A DNA stretch of 64,000 bases from Lama guanicoe (Eukaryota): positions 1,701,567-1,765,566 of the forward strand of contig MU053629.1 in the NCBI GenBank assembly GCA_013239625.1, in the 5' to 3' direction. Position 1 is the first letter of the stretch, and every line of letters begins with the position of its first letter. The notes below the pieces were generated by a model. That model searched no databases. It had not been told where the DNA came from and saw nothing but the letters and a program-made list of their open reading frames with translations. Positions 1 to 13,154 of the stretch are shown in pieces. Position numbers and translations under genes: made by a program.

Positions 1-250
1 CTGCAGATTATACAATTCCATTGATGTAAGACATCAGAATAGGCAAATGCCGAAACAGAGAAGAGATGAGTCATTGCCTCGCACTAGGGGAAAGGGGAGT
101 GACTGCTAATGGGTACTGGGTTTCTTTTTAGGATGATGAAAATTTTCTAAAACTGATTGTGGTGTTAGTTGTACAATTTTGTAAACTGTGTGCTTTGAAT
201 GGGCGAATTGTAGGCTATATGGTATATTTTAATAAAGTGGTTTTAAATAG
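1..250 (+). mobile_element. Old L1 (L1MB-like) 3' UTR fragment
   Basis: agaataggcaaat...gggagtgactgctaatgggtac.gggtttctttt..gatgatgaaaat.ttctaaaa.tgattgtggtg...aataaag. Similar to the copy at 43180-43670. Confidence 0.8.
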
Positions 251-2189
251 ATAGCTAAATAAACAAATAAATGTTTAAGAAAATTGAATGTCCCTGTTCC
301 TCAAAGTACTGAAGAATTTCCCAGCTTGCACCTTGGCTCTCATCATCTGCTCTACCTAGAAAGCCTTCTGCTCAATCTCCATCTCAAGGCTACCTTTCCA
401 GCCTCACTGCCCATCACTTGCCTGCACCCGTCCTCTATTCCCCCAGGGTGGGCATAACCAGGCCCACAGCGACGGCTCTCTTCCATCCTTATTCTGGCTC
501 TTCCTCTTGCCTAGAATGCCTTTTCTACTCTTCTCCACACTTTTAGAGCCTATCCTCCATCTCTACCTCCTTGTATCCTCTTACTTTTCAGTGAAAAAGC
601 CCCTGACCTCCTGCTCTAACACCCTCAGCGCTGACCATGTTTACGAGGGAGTGGCCCTAGTTGCAGGCTGTCTCTCGGATTGTGATGCAGCTTTCCTGGG
701 TGGTAAAATTTGAATCAGTTTTAAAGTGCCTGGCATCCCCTATGGTGTCGTGCATCTTGCATGTTTCATAAAAATTTGCTGTTGTGAACTGAAAGAATTG
801 GGAGCCAGCAGTCCTTCCCTTTCTGCACCGTGAACGCCGTCCACCACCACTAGGGGCGCCCGAGCGCACACCTCCCAGCAGGGCTGCTATAGGGCTGGGT
901 CAGGAGGGAATGGGGACTCAGCGAGGGTCCCAGGCGCAGTCTGAGGGCAGCAAAGAAATAGTTACCCCAAGGGTTTGGTCTAAGCTTCTTTGCTTCCCCC
1001 TCGTCCCATCAAAATAAGGTGTAGGGTGGTGGAAAAGAGCTCTATTTTGATGAATAGATTTCCTAGCTCATAGCATATTAGCAGTTCAGAAATGACAGCT
1101 TGAAAGGAAGGAGACAGAAAAATCTATGAAGAGCATTCACTGTTGAGACTAGTTAGTGCAGGGACAGCCAGCCCAGCTTAGAGGACAGCACTATGTTACA
1201 TCAGCTTCTGATAACTGTCTATTACTGTGACTCTGTGTCGTCAAGAAAAGGTGAAATTACATATATGCATATGTGATACATGTCTGGAAAATTTCACCTT
1301 AGAATGACTAAAATTGTGTTTAAAGCTTTGGTATTAAAGGAGGTGACATCAGTTTGCTCAAGTATTATTTAATCACATTGAATACCTTTTCCAATGGTGA
1401 CTACATGAGTTATTTTCATACTGTATTAAAATCTGTGTAGAGTTCTAGACTTGTTAAAAAAATTTTTTAAAACCTTGGGTATTGGGAAATTCCAATTTCA
1501 GCTCCACCACCATGGCTGTGTGAGCTTAAGCAGGCTACTTCCTCTCTCTGGGTCTCAGTCCCCTGGATGACATGCAAAGCCCCTTCAAGCTCTAGGCTCT
1601 GTCACTGCAAAGTGGCACAACTTCCCGAGCTGGCTGGGCCAATTCCCACTCGCCTGGGCCCCAAGGCAGGACCTGCACAGGCTCAGGTCTCCTGGCTGCA
1701 GGTCAGGAAGGAAGAACAGACTGCCGACCCGGACTGCCCTCTCGGGGTGGTACGAGCCCAGCCACGCTCCCTCACTCCTGTCATCCTCCTCCAGCTTTAT
1801 TTACTTCACCCACACACCTGACGTCACCTCCGAAGCACAGCTGGAGGAGGGATCGCATTCCTGTAGGTGCTGCCACTGCCCAGCCCGGGGCCCATGGAGC
1901 AGCTGCTAGGAGGGGAAACTGCCCCCACCTGCTAAAACAAAGCCACCTAGCTCAGCCCACCAGGCAGGCAGAGGGAGAGGCCATGTGGGAGAGGCCAACA
2001 TGCCCTTTAGCAGCCCAGTGGCCCTGGCCAGAGGTGCCTGCTGTGGTGCCAACCGGAAGTGGATCCTCCAGGCAAGACCCAGGTTGGGTGATCCCTCCTG
2101 GCCCGGTACAGCACATCTGAGTCCCCGCAGGACGAAGGCAGCATCGGGGGGAACTATGCAGTAAGGTGCCAAAGACCAGAGCTTATAGT

Positions 2190-2370
2190 CAGACAGATCT
2201 GGGCTCAGATTCCACCTCTACCTCTCACAGTGAAACCTGGGCAAAGGCCCTGGACCTCTCAGAGCCTTGGTTTCCCATCTGTAAAATGGGAATACCTACC
2301 AAGGTACACAGAGCTCTGAGGATTGAGAGAGATAGTCCACATAAGGAGCAGTGCCCAGCGAAATTTCAGA
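2190..2370. mobile_element. MIR SINE
   Basis: MIR core ctctcagagccttggtttcccatctgtaaaatgggaata...gaggattgagagagata. Confidence 0.75.
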
Positions 2371-3439
2371 GCAGGGTGGCTATGTGTGTTCTCTCCGTTC
2401 TGAGATGCAGCACTGACAACAGTCATGGGAACTTGATTGAATCCCTGCTGGATCTGAAGAACATGCCCTTCACAGACCCACCCACCTCCACTCATCTTCT
2501 GCTTCCCTCCCCACACGCAGTTTCACCCCCAGATTCTCAATGTTGGGGCTGCAAGGGACCTCAGAGACCATTTAGTCCCTTCGTGTTGCAGAGCTGCCCA
2601 GAGAGGTCAAGAAACTGCCAAGGTCACCGAGCAAAGAGCAGAGCCCAAGTCTGCTGACTCCCGGCCCAGTGCCTTTCCCAGCTGCCCGCACAGCCTGCCC
2701 ATCACTGTCACCGGGTGAGGCTGCTCAGTTCAGCAGGGCACCAGCCCAGCCAGGTCTGCACTACAGGGACAAGGAAGCTGCCTAGGAACCTTCACTGGAA
2801 ATGTCAAGCACAGCCCCGGGTTATCCAGGAAGTGCTTGGCAACCTGAGAAAGCAAGGGTGCTGGCTGCTGGGCCTCTGCTGGCAGGTTTCCACGGTGCTA
2901 CAGTAAACCCTCCCCTGGCACACTGTAGATGGGACCACAGGTAGCCCATTCCCACCTCTAGAGACCCCTTTATCTGGTATTCAAGGCCATCCCACCTCTG
3001 CTACATCCCAGGTGAGCTCCTCACCCCGCCCCAGCCTGCAGTTCCCTCTGCTGGAATACTTTCCTGACAAGCTCCTTTCCCCCCCTTACCACCCAGCTCC
3101 GACACTTCCCCACTAGAACATATTCTGTGACTCTCTCTCCCAACACACACAGTTAGATGTTTCCACCCAAGGGCCTGCATGCTCCATGCACATGCCTCTG
3201 TCAGAGACCAACTGCATTAAAATCACTCCCTTACACATCCTCTCCCCACTATCCCCATAAGGGAAGACAGGGGCTTTGCCTCCCTCTTCCATCCCTAGCA
3301 CCTAAGAGTGGCTGCACTGTGGTAGGTGCTCAGGAATGGTTTCCTGGATAAATGAATGAATGAACCAACACAGTCACATGCACATCTCTGGCACAACCTG
3401 CTTTTAGGGAACCAACATAGATAATGACTAAGTGCCTTA

Positions 3440-3600
3440 GAACCTGGATTAGAACCCCAGTTTTCCCACTTACAAGCCGTGTGACACTGGCAAGTGACTT
3501 AACATCTCTCAGCCTCGGGCTTCTCACCTACCAATTAGGAATAACAATAAAACCTACCTGAAGAGGGTCACTAAGAGGCTCAAACAAGACATACCAAGTG
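3440..3600. mobile_element. MIR SINE
   Basis: gtgacactggcaagtgacttaacatctctcagcctcgggcttctcac. Confidence 0.65.
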
Positions 3601-5393
3601 GCCTGTAGCTGTTATCATCATCTCTGTGCTGGTTTCCTTGATCACGCCTCTCCTTCCCAGAATGAAGGTTTTTATCAGCTGCCTACTGGACTCTTACCTA
3701 CCCTTCCAGGCGCAGCCAAAATTCTATCTCCTCCAGGAAGCAACCTCTGAATACCCAGCCCAGCCCTCCCTCCTTTTCCCAGCTCCACACCCGTGCAGCC
3801 ATCTTCACCTCAGCACCGAACACTGCTAAGAGCTCTGTGCGCTGGTCTTGCCTCCCCTGCTAGAGTGCACTCTTGCTGAGGGCAGGGCCTGCTCCTCCTG
3901 CTCTTCCTGTGTTCCCAAAAGCACCCAGTCCGAGGTTTCACGCATAGCAAGACCTACAGTACTTAGTCTACAAAGTGTTCATGCCCATCTTATTTGATGC
4001 TCACTCTCTGAGGCAGCTACTGTCATCACCCCAAGTTGTGTTTTGGGGGCCCCATCTGAGCTAGTTACCCACTGTAATCCCCTGTGGACGGTGTTAAAAA
4101 CACATGCTACTTCAGCGGAGGTCAGGCCTGGGCAGGGGTCCAGAGTGGAGGGCTATGGGCAGCTGGCAGTAGCAAGGGGCCTCTGAGCACCTAACAGCGA
4201 TGGGAGAGGGAATAAGGGCAAAAGAGGAGGAAGGCACTGCATTTTTGTCTTAGTTTGTTCGTCTGTAAAATACAGATCATGATATTTACTCCAACCTACA
4301 TCAACCTCACACAGTGTCTGGCCACCCCGGAATCTGCCCAGCCTGCTGGCTGGAGAGCACCACCTTATCCATTCCCCCTTGGGCTGTTTCCATGCCCATC
4401 TCCCTTTCTGAATCCTTTTGGAGAAAAAGGAATCGGGAGAATGTGGCCTCATAGGGAGGCTCATTAAAATTCACAGGCAGCACTTGCAAGGAGTCTTAGA
4501 GTTGGTAGGGTCCTTGCAGAAACACTGATCTCTCCCTGGTCCCTCACTCCACTCCTGTGTGAGGAAGTGGGGGGGCAATGCTATCTCCATTTTCAAGGCA
4601 AGGATAGGTCAGAGCCACGGCCTCCCCAACATCACCCAGCAGAGGCAAGACTCAAATGCAAGCTCGAACCACCATTCTCTCCTCTTTCCACTTCCCATGT
4701 GGCCTCCTACTGTATCTTGTAAGAATCAGCTGGTTGGTTTAATGCTCCCCATTTCAAAGCTCCTATATTTCAACTCTTTTAATAACGGCTCTCCAGAGTT
4801 TAATTTTTGTCACAGTCTGTTTCTTCCCTCAACCATTTTGGAGGTGTGTCCTCACTTCACCTCTCCTCGAGTGACCGTAGGGTGGCCCAACAGTAGTAGC
4901 ACACCCTCCCAGGGCTCCGGGCTCCCAGTCTGATCCATGTGGCTGAGATGAAGAGCCCGAGGGGCACACGCTGAGGCTGGGGCGCAGGCTACACTTTGGG
5001 TGTGAGGTACAGGAAACAAGATCTACCCTCAGAACACATCGAGAGGGTAAGGGAATCAGGAACAACTTGTATAAAAGTCTCAAGAGCAAAGTAAATCACT
5101 ACAGAGTACATGTTAGACTGTACAGTGAAAACAGCAGGAGAGAAAATTGCACACGTAGTATAGTTAGAAATACCTTAAAAAACACACACACACACAACCT
5201 GTTCATAAAAAGCTAAAGAAAATACACCAAATGTTAATAATGGTTGTTTTGCAGTAGAAAGTCTATGGGTAACTTCTGTGTATGTTTCTGTATTTTCTAG
5301 GAGTTATTTCTTTTCATAATTGCATAAACGACCGTCAACTTTCTTTAAGCAATGTTTATGAGGAAACTTCGTTTCATCTCTTTCCCACGTTCT

Positions 5394-5667
5394 TTTTTTT
5401 CTCTTAATTTAATGTTTAATTTACATAGATCTACTGCATTCTATATGATTACAAATAAGCAATGTACTGCTTTTTTAATATTTTTTTACTTTTTTTATTG
5501 AGTAATAGTCATTTTACAATGTTGTGTCAAATTCTAGTGTAGAGCACAATTTTTCAGTTATACATGAACAATATATATATTCATCGTTACTTTTTTTTTC
5601 GCTATGAGCTACCACAAGATCTTGTATATATTTCCCTGTGCCATACAGTATAATCTTGTTTATCTAT
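5394..5667 (-). mobile_element. Short 5'-truncated lineage-specific L1 with extra 3' sequence (candidate transduction)
   Basis: About 5490-5670 matches the 3' end of the L1 at 14520. TSD tctttccc(a/g)c(g/a)ttct at 5379-5393 and 5668-5682. Confidence 0.8.
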
Positions 5668-5794
5668 TCTTTCCCGCATTCTAATCATTACCACCAACTG
5701 GCCTGCTCTCTCCCATCCATTCTCTGTCCCTGCCAGAGAATTTTCTTTCTAAATCAGAAATAGAATAATGTTTCTTCACCAGTTAAAGGTCTTC

Positions 5795-6275
5795 CATAAA
5801 TTATTGTCAATTTTCTTAAGTGTGATAATGGTGCTGTGGGTTGGTAGGAGGCTGACCTTACTCTTAGGGGATGCATACTGAAGTATTTAGAGTGAAGGGT
5901 CAGGATGTTACAGTTTTCTTTCAAATTACACTATAATTTTTTAAAATTACGTATATTTTAATATTTATTTTTAAATTTTTATTTAAATATATTTTTATTT
6001 AAAAATATTTTTATTTTAAATATATTTTAATTAAAAATCACATATATTTATACATATATACCTGTGTATTTATATATACATATATGTGTGTATATAGATA
6101 TATAAAATGCTATCTACATAAATGTAATTTTTTTTCTTTTTTAAAGAGAGAAGGAGGTAAAGCAAACATGGCCAAATGTTGAATCTAGAGGGAGGATATA
6201 ATGGTGTCCATTGTTTTCTTGTTCCAATTTCTTTAAATGTTTTGAAATGTTTTCGTAAGAAATTTTGAGGGGAAA
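5795..6275 (+). mobile_element. Old L1 (L1MC/ME-like) 3' UTR with internal AT-rich low-complexity expansion
   Basis: attattgtcaattttcttaagtgtgataatggt...gatgcatactgaagtatttagagtgaag...gcaaacatggccaaatgtt. Confidence 0.65.
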
Positions 6276-6689
6276 AAGTCTTCCATGGCTGTGACTGCCT
6301 GTACAAACTTCTCAGTCTGCCTTGAACCTTTATAATCTCACTCTAACCTATCCTGACAGTCAGATCTGTCAAGTCTCACTTCTATTTCATGCTCCAAGGT
6401 TTTAGAACAGAAATCAGCTCACTCTCATAAGTTCTGCTTTCGAACGCATGCACATTTTATAGTACTTAATAGAACACAAATTAACTTTTTAAGTATGAGA
6501 AATAACTTAGTAGAAAGAAAAAAAATGTGCCCAGATGGGAAATTAACTACAAAGGATAAATTTACGGCACAGTACAGACCTTTGGATTAACTGTGTATAA
6601 AAGGCATGACCCAAGGAGGTAGGAAACCTGCACTGTTAGACTCTGGTGAAATAAAAGCTGGTGACACTCAGTTTTGCTTAGTGTCTCCT

Positions 6690-6870
6690 CACTGGCTAAG
6701 TTCAAGTGCCACCCCTGTCATTTAATACCTGCGTGGTCTTGGACAAGTTACTTAACCACTCTGAATCTCAATTGCCTTATGTGTAAAAAAAAGTGACAGT
6801 ATCTTATACCTCAGTGGGTGGCCATGAGGATCAAATGAAAGGACAGATGTGTAAGCACGCTGTATTCTAG
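6690..6870. mobile_element. MIR SINE
   Basis: cttggacaagttacttaaccactctgaatctcaattgccttatgtgtaaaa...gaggatcaaatgaaag. Confidence 0.7.
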
Positions 6871-7807
6871 AAAATACCACGGACATTTAAAGTGTCATTA
6901 GTATCATCCTTATGAAAGCTTGATGAGCAGACCCCATCACATCATGAACATAAGAACAGCTCAAACGATGATCAGGGCATAGAGGAATTTGGATCTTTGG
7001 AGTATCCTGCTCAGAAATTCACTCCTCTTAACACTGTTTATATAAATCCAAAACCCCCATCACAGTTCTGGCTTCCTGGCTCGCATACAATTTCATTCAG
7101 TTCTCACAGTATATTCCTTCTGCTTAAAATATCAAGCAGACCTGAGGACTACCTTCCTTTTCTGACATCTCAAGTTGGATTTTGGGAACAGTGGGGGAGA
7201 CACACCCATACTCAGAGGGGAAACTCCCAAATCCAAAATAAACACAAAACCACAAAGCCTTTATTTGTGTTGAGGTCAGATACATGGGTGAGGTTCCTGG
7301 GTGGTGCTGAGCCCCATTTCCTGGTATCCGTCCTCCAGAAGGCCTGGCAGAAGGCACACGGGGTGCAGCCCAGCACTGAGGGGCCGTCAGCCCCCATGTC
7401 ACTCCCATTTATGGAAATACGGAGCAACAGCATCTGCCTGTACCACCCCACCTCCCCGCACCAGTGGGCCTGTCTGTGGGGAATTTACGACACACACGGG
7501 ATGGTATTCATTCTGCTGGGGCAGAGCGCTTGTCCCCTGGAAGTGAGCGTTTCTTGGTGACAGTCATGGTTAGCTTTTATTTCAGATGGCCTCACTACCT
7601 GTCTCACTGTGGCCATTGCCCAGGAGATGGTGGGCCCTTGGAAGGCAGGTACCATGTCACACTGTTGTTTGTCAGTCTACCCCATGATACAACAGTCCCT
7701 CAATAAATGCCATATAACTGAATTGAAGTCTGCCTGCAACCTCTTTTGCCTTTTCCACATGACATGAAAGGGACTTTGCCATCCATGTGTGCATTTGTCT
7801 TCCTAAG

Positions 7808-8290
7808 GCATTCATTCATTCATTCATTCACTCACTCACTATTGCGTAACTCACGTGTCAGGCACTGGCTAGATACAAGGGCAGAAAGTAATGCACGGTG
7901 ATAAATGCTCTCAGCAGAAGTCTGCACAAAGGGCAAGAGAAGCGAGGAGCAGATTCGTTTTCAGCTATGCTTTGGGAGGTGGCAGGCATGGGAAGGGCTT
8001 CCCAAGGAAATGGCATTTCTGCTGGGCCTGGAGGATGAACAGGAAGCCCATGGGCAAAGAAAAGGAAGACTAGTAGCTTCTTGGATGCGAACGGCATGAA
8101 CAGAGGAGGAGAAGGGCCAGGACACGTATCTTTCGTCTTGTTGTGTGGGGTTAGTGTTTGGCAGAGAGGAAAGGTGGATGAGGCCAGATTCGGGGCTCAG
8201 GCAGTGTAGGAAAAGAGCTGAACACCATGCTGAGAATGGGTTCATTTATCCTATGGGTGACAAGGATCCATCACAGATTTTTGAGCAAAC
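7808..8290 (-). mobile_element. L2 LINE 3' remnant starting with a (CATT)n tail
   Basis: (cattcatt)n followed by tgtcaggcactggctagatac and L2-like body. Confidence 0.55.
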
Positions 8291-9949
8291 AGCATGCTAT
8301 GATTTGTTTTTACCAAGACTGTTTGCTGTACATTAATTTGTCCGCTCATCTGCTCTCTGCTCCCGGGCTGGGAGCATGTCGTAGGCAGGGACAGAGCCTC
8401 ACTACTCATCACTAGCACAATGGCTGACATAGGAGAGGTCAGTCATGGTCCCAAGGCAGGCCGGAGGGCTGACGCTCCTCCATCACCTGCTCCTCCCAGC
8501 AGGAAGGTGAGGGTGGGGAACAGGTCACGAGCAGGGCCGTGGAGATAACGTGGTGGCTGTGTTCATGGGGCAGCCAAGCTAGCCTGACTCACTTGGCAAG
8601 GAGTCACAGAACACAAGGGGAGAAGAAAGCGGAGGCCCCTCGTGGAGAAGGGAAATCAGAAAGAGAAACGTATCGGTATAAAATGACTTTCATATGGTGG
8701 GAAACAACATGGAACCTAAGAAGGCCCCTCTAAGCTACCAGCTGGACCTTCTGCCTGATCCCCTCCAGCTGGCAGGAAGTTCCAGCCGGGGGAACACGTA
8801 CCCACACGCTGGCTCCAGGAAGTGTCTAGCCAATCATGAGGTAATCCCTCTGAGCTCCAGCGACTCGGCACTCCCCGAACTTGCCCAGCTGGGCCTGGGC
8901 CAAGAGACCCATCAGTCGGGGAGTCGGAAGGCTGAGTCCACACCACTCTGAGGATACGAGGCCGGGTGAGGGTTAGCTGCGTCCCCACCCTACACGCACC
9001 CAGGGGAAACCCAGACTGTCTCCTGGTTGTGGAAATATCCAGACTGAGCCCAGGAGCCAGACAAGATCCCCCACCAGCAGCCCACATAGCAACCCATCTC
9101 AGCTCTCTGCTGGGCAACTTAGAACTGTGCACTAGCAGCCTTTGTTTTCCTCGTCCACCGGGCCCAAAACACCGTGCAACAAGAGTTGTGTTTTCTCTTC
9201 CTCCTCCTCCTCTCCCCTAAGAGGAGTTGTGTTCCCCTTTTCTCTGGGAGGGGAAATGACACTACTGGCTGCCAGCACATAGCACTTATGCGGTACCCAG
9301 CACTTCACGTTGCTTCTCTCTCATTCTCACAACTCAGACAAGTATTATTATCATTACTGAAGCTGAAAAACTGAGGTTCAGCTGCTTCCTGGTATACGGT
9401 AGAGTGAGGGTCTAACCCCGAGCTGGCTCACTTGGAGCCAGCACCCCCCCGCCGCAGCCTGCTGCCACAGAAGCACGAACTGTAGTCATCAGGGCCTGGG
9501 GGACTCCACACTGCTGCCTCCACCAGCTCCATGAGAGAAAAGACAAAGGAGCCCAGTCTGAGGCTGGCATCCTGGACCAGCAAAGATACAGGAAAGAAGC
9601 TAACTGTCCATAGCATTACCAGGAAGGAGACACAGGAGCAATCCAGGTAGCCCATTCCCTGCTTGGTGTATTACCACCCTGCGGTCCAAAGGTCTGCCCA
9701 GGCCACAGCCTCCTTGGAGACCCCAACTTTTACCCCGTGACACCCGAGTGAGACTCTGCAAGACGTCTTCTATTGGAGGAATTCAAAATACTATGACAAC
9801 TGGCCTAAGGAGGGGACATTCACAGCAGGTCACCCTGCATGGCAGAGTAAGAGCTGGGATGGGATCTACATGCAGGATGTGAGCCCCCGCACTGGGGCAG
9901 CCCTGAGACCACGGGCACACCAGACCCTCTCTGGGCCAGTCTCACAAGC

Positions 9950-10480
9950 CAGAGCTTGGGTGTCATCCTGGACTTTCCCCTTCCCCTCATCTCCCACATC
10001 TAATCAGGTGCCTAATCAATCCTCAGATCAACATCTGTGAAAGGTCTTGAATCGATCCCCTCCTCAAATTAGGTTGGCACTTACCACGTCCCACCCAGAT
10101 TACTGCCCCAGTCTACCCATCCTTCTGAATCACACATCTGCCAGCCTCACCTCCCTGCTCATCTGGCTCCAGTATCCCTCAGGGTAAAGTTCAAGCTCCT
10201 TGCCTAAACTCCCACACCCTGTGTCTTCCTCCTGCTCCCCTCCTGCCGTTCCACACATTCACGTTTTGCCTGTACTTCCCTGAATGCATTGTGCTATTTC
10301 AGGACCGTGCACCTGCCGGCTTCTCTTCCATAGAAGGTCCTTTCCCTCGGATAACCCCTGGCAGTCCTTCAGAACTCAACTCAAATACCACCTCTTCCAG
10401 GAAGCCCTCTCGAATACCCCGTCTGACATAGATGCCTTCTCCTTTAAGTCTCCCAGCTCCCACGTACTTGCAGTCTATCA
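9950..10480 (+). mobile_element. L2 LINE remnant
   Basis: tgtcatcctggactttcccc...cacatctaatc...tccttcagaactcaactcaaataccacctcttccaggaagccctc. Confidence 0.6.
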
Positions 10481-11356
10481 TAGCACTTAGAGTTGTTGAT
10501 CGTTCTTTTCTGTCTCCTGTAGGAGTTCCCAGAAAAGAGGAACTAAGTTCCCACAGCGCCTCAGTTGATTCTGCACATGTAGCAACACCCAGGCATCCAG
10601 CACCATGCTTGGAACACAACAGGAATTTCTGGATAGAAAAATGAGTGGGTCTCCTCCCCAGTAAACAGGTCCCTCTGACCACAGGTGGGAGGACCTTCAT
10701 GCTTTGGGTGTGTGCAAAGGCTCAACAGCCCACGCAAGTGAGCTCAGTGAGGACAGGAACTGACCTTTCTACTTTGACCACACTTGTGATCTGTGAAGTC
10801 CTATGTGGTCACAGTGAACTTTCTCGACCCTGAATACCAGTCACCACAAAAGATCACTGGCCCTGGGAAGCAGTTTCATGGCCACAGTGTGGGGCAGGGT
10901 TGGGAGCACAGCCAGTGGTCACCGAGCTCTCAGATTTACAACCTCTGGTCAAGGGATGCTGGACGCTGGGCTGGGCCCAGGGAGCCAGCCGCCCTCAGCA
11001 GTATTCGTCTGCTCTGCCCACCCAGGAGTTAGCTCTTGGTTACTGAAAAGTTCAGTCTTGTGAAATGGGTTTGGTTTCAAGTTTCCGTCATTGGTCAACT
11101 TTTTAAAAAATTACACCCCATCTGCTCTCTGAAAGAGATAAGGTGTCTGTGGTCTGAGTCAGACGCTTCTTGCAGTCAGTCCCTCTAAGAAGAAAACCTG
11201 ATATGTGAACTGAAATTGAGGAGGGGGACACTTCCCGTGGCATCATTTCTTTCCCAGGAGCTGAGAGTTTTCAACTGTAAGACGAGGGAGGAAGGCCAAG
11301 TGGGCGCCGACCTCTCCTGGCCGTGACCGTGGGAGAGACTGGGCCCATTCTTCCTA

Positions 11357-11575
<219 letters not shown>

Positions 11576-12224
11576 TCACGTGCAGCTCTGACCCCGTCCC
11601 CAGGCACCCTGTATGGCAGAATCCCCTCGCCCACCCATCTCTGGGGCTCTGTCCAGCCAGCAGAGGGACTGACTTTGCTTGTTTGCTGTGTTCTTCCCAC
11701 TGGATCACAAGGGCAGGAACCACCCTTAGGGTGTTACCAGAAGGCCTCTGCTCACCTCTGCTCTGGTTACCCTGGGTGCTACCACTTCCCCCGAACGACT
11801 GAGGTGCCAGAGGACAGAAATGAGTGCTGTGGGATGACAGAGAGGGACATATGCCAGGCCAGAAACTGGACACCTAGGTTGCAGTCCAGCCCTGCCACGG
11901 GCCTTGGACAACTCACTCCCCCGCTCCCTCCAAGCAGGCCTCAGTTTCCTCACCTGCAAAAGGAGCAAACTGCTCCAGATGGCCCCCAAAGCCCCTTTCT
12001 ATGATTTTATAAAAGATGGCCTCTTTTAAGGCTCAAGAGAACGTAGGCATGTCCCTCACTTAAACATCAAGACTCATTAATTACCGTCATGGCTAAAAAC
12101 TCTAAAACACTGATTTTTCCCTCACACTCCACATTCTAGTACCTGATGGTTGAAGTGACAGGAATAAAGAGACCCAAAGAGCGAAAAGAATCTCCCCTGT
12201 AAAGTTTTATCTGAATTAAGGATT

Positions 12225-12279
12225 TAGGGTTGCCAGATAAAATGGGAGATTTGTTTATTTGCTGTATCTGACAACCCTA
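12225..12279. mobile_element. Internally deleted MER53-like hAT MITE
   Basis: TIRs tagggttgccagata (12225-12239) and tatctgacaacccta (12265-12279), 14/15 complementary. Confidence 0.7.
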
Positions 12280-12399
12280 CCGGGTTTGTCTGGCCTCTGA
12301 CCGATGCTAGGGTATCCAGCCAGCAGGTGCTTCTCTGGACCTGGGACAGAGCCCAGGGTCACCCCAGGGAAAGATGTCAGGAAGGCATCTGGGCCAGAG

Positions 12400-12626
12400 G
12401 GTCCAAGAACTCAAGATCACCTGGAAAACTTATTTATTTTTAATTTTTTTAAATACAGGTACTGGGGATTGAACCCAGGACCTCATGCCTGCTAAGCATG
12501 CACTCTACCACTGAGCTATACCTTCCCCCTGAGAACTTGTTCAAAATGCAGATTTCTAGGTGTCACCACAGATCCTACCAAATTAGATTCTCCAGCAGTA
12601 AGACCTCAGAATCTGTATTTTTAATA
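12400..12626. mobile_element. MER5-like hAT-Charlie element interrupted by a SINE
   Basis: atcacctgg[SINE]gagaacttgttcaaaatgcagatttctagg...agaatctgtattttt. Confidence 0.65.
12431..12528 (-). mobile_element. Vic-1-like tRNA-derived SINE
   Basis: Reverse complement reads ggggaaggtatagctcagtggtagagtgcatgcttagcaggcatgaggtcctgggttcaatccccagtac followed by an A-rich tail. Pol III A and B boxes are present. Confidence 0.88.
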
Positions 12627-12649
12627 ATAACAGCAACATAACAATGGTA

Positions 12650-12870
12650 ATTAATATTCACTGAATCCTGACTTTGTGCATAATGTGTACTTTAGGCACA
12701 TTATCTCATTTAATCATCACAATACCCTATGGGTTGAGTACCATTATTTTCCTCCTTCACGGTTAAAGAGGCAGAGGCTCAGAGAGGTTAAGCCTCTTGC
12801 TCAAGGTCAAGCAGCTAGTAAGTGATACTATTAGAATTCAAGCCCAGGCCGAATGACTCCCAATCACAGA
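12650..12870. mobile_element. MIR SINE
   Basis: attatctcatttaatcatcacaataccctatg...gaggctcagagaggttaagcctcttgctcaaggtca. Confidence 0.8.
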
Positions 12871-13154
12871 GCATCCTCAGATGATTTTCGTAAGGCCAGA
12901 ATGGTTCTGTCCCAGTTTGGGGAATCATTCACTCCCTGTCACCTACTCCATCCTAAATAAAGAGCCTCAAAATTTTCTTTCCTCCTTTTTTTACAAATGT
13001 CCCAAAGCATACACGGACCCACTAATCAACCTTAGCATCATGAAAAACAGAACAACCGGACATGGTGTGATACAACAGGAAGCACACACAGCAACAGCTA
13101 CAAAGTATCACAACATAAAAAAAACTGAACCTCAGTCTGCTTAAGCCTCTTGTT

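Noticed and set aside
5935..6120. AT-rich block with short palindromes
   Set aside because: Low-complexity expansion inside an old L1; short palindromes are expected at this composition.
6997..7560. 187-aa ORF
   Set aside because: Non-ATG start and no homology recognised.
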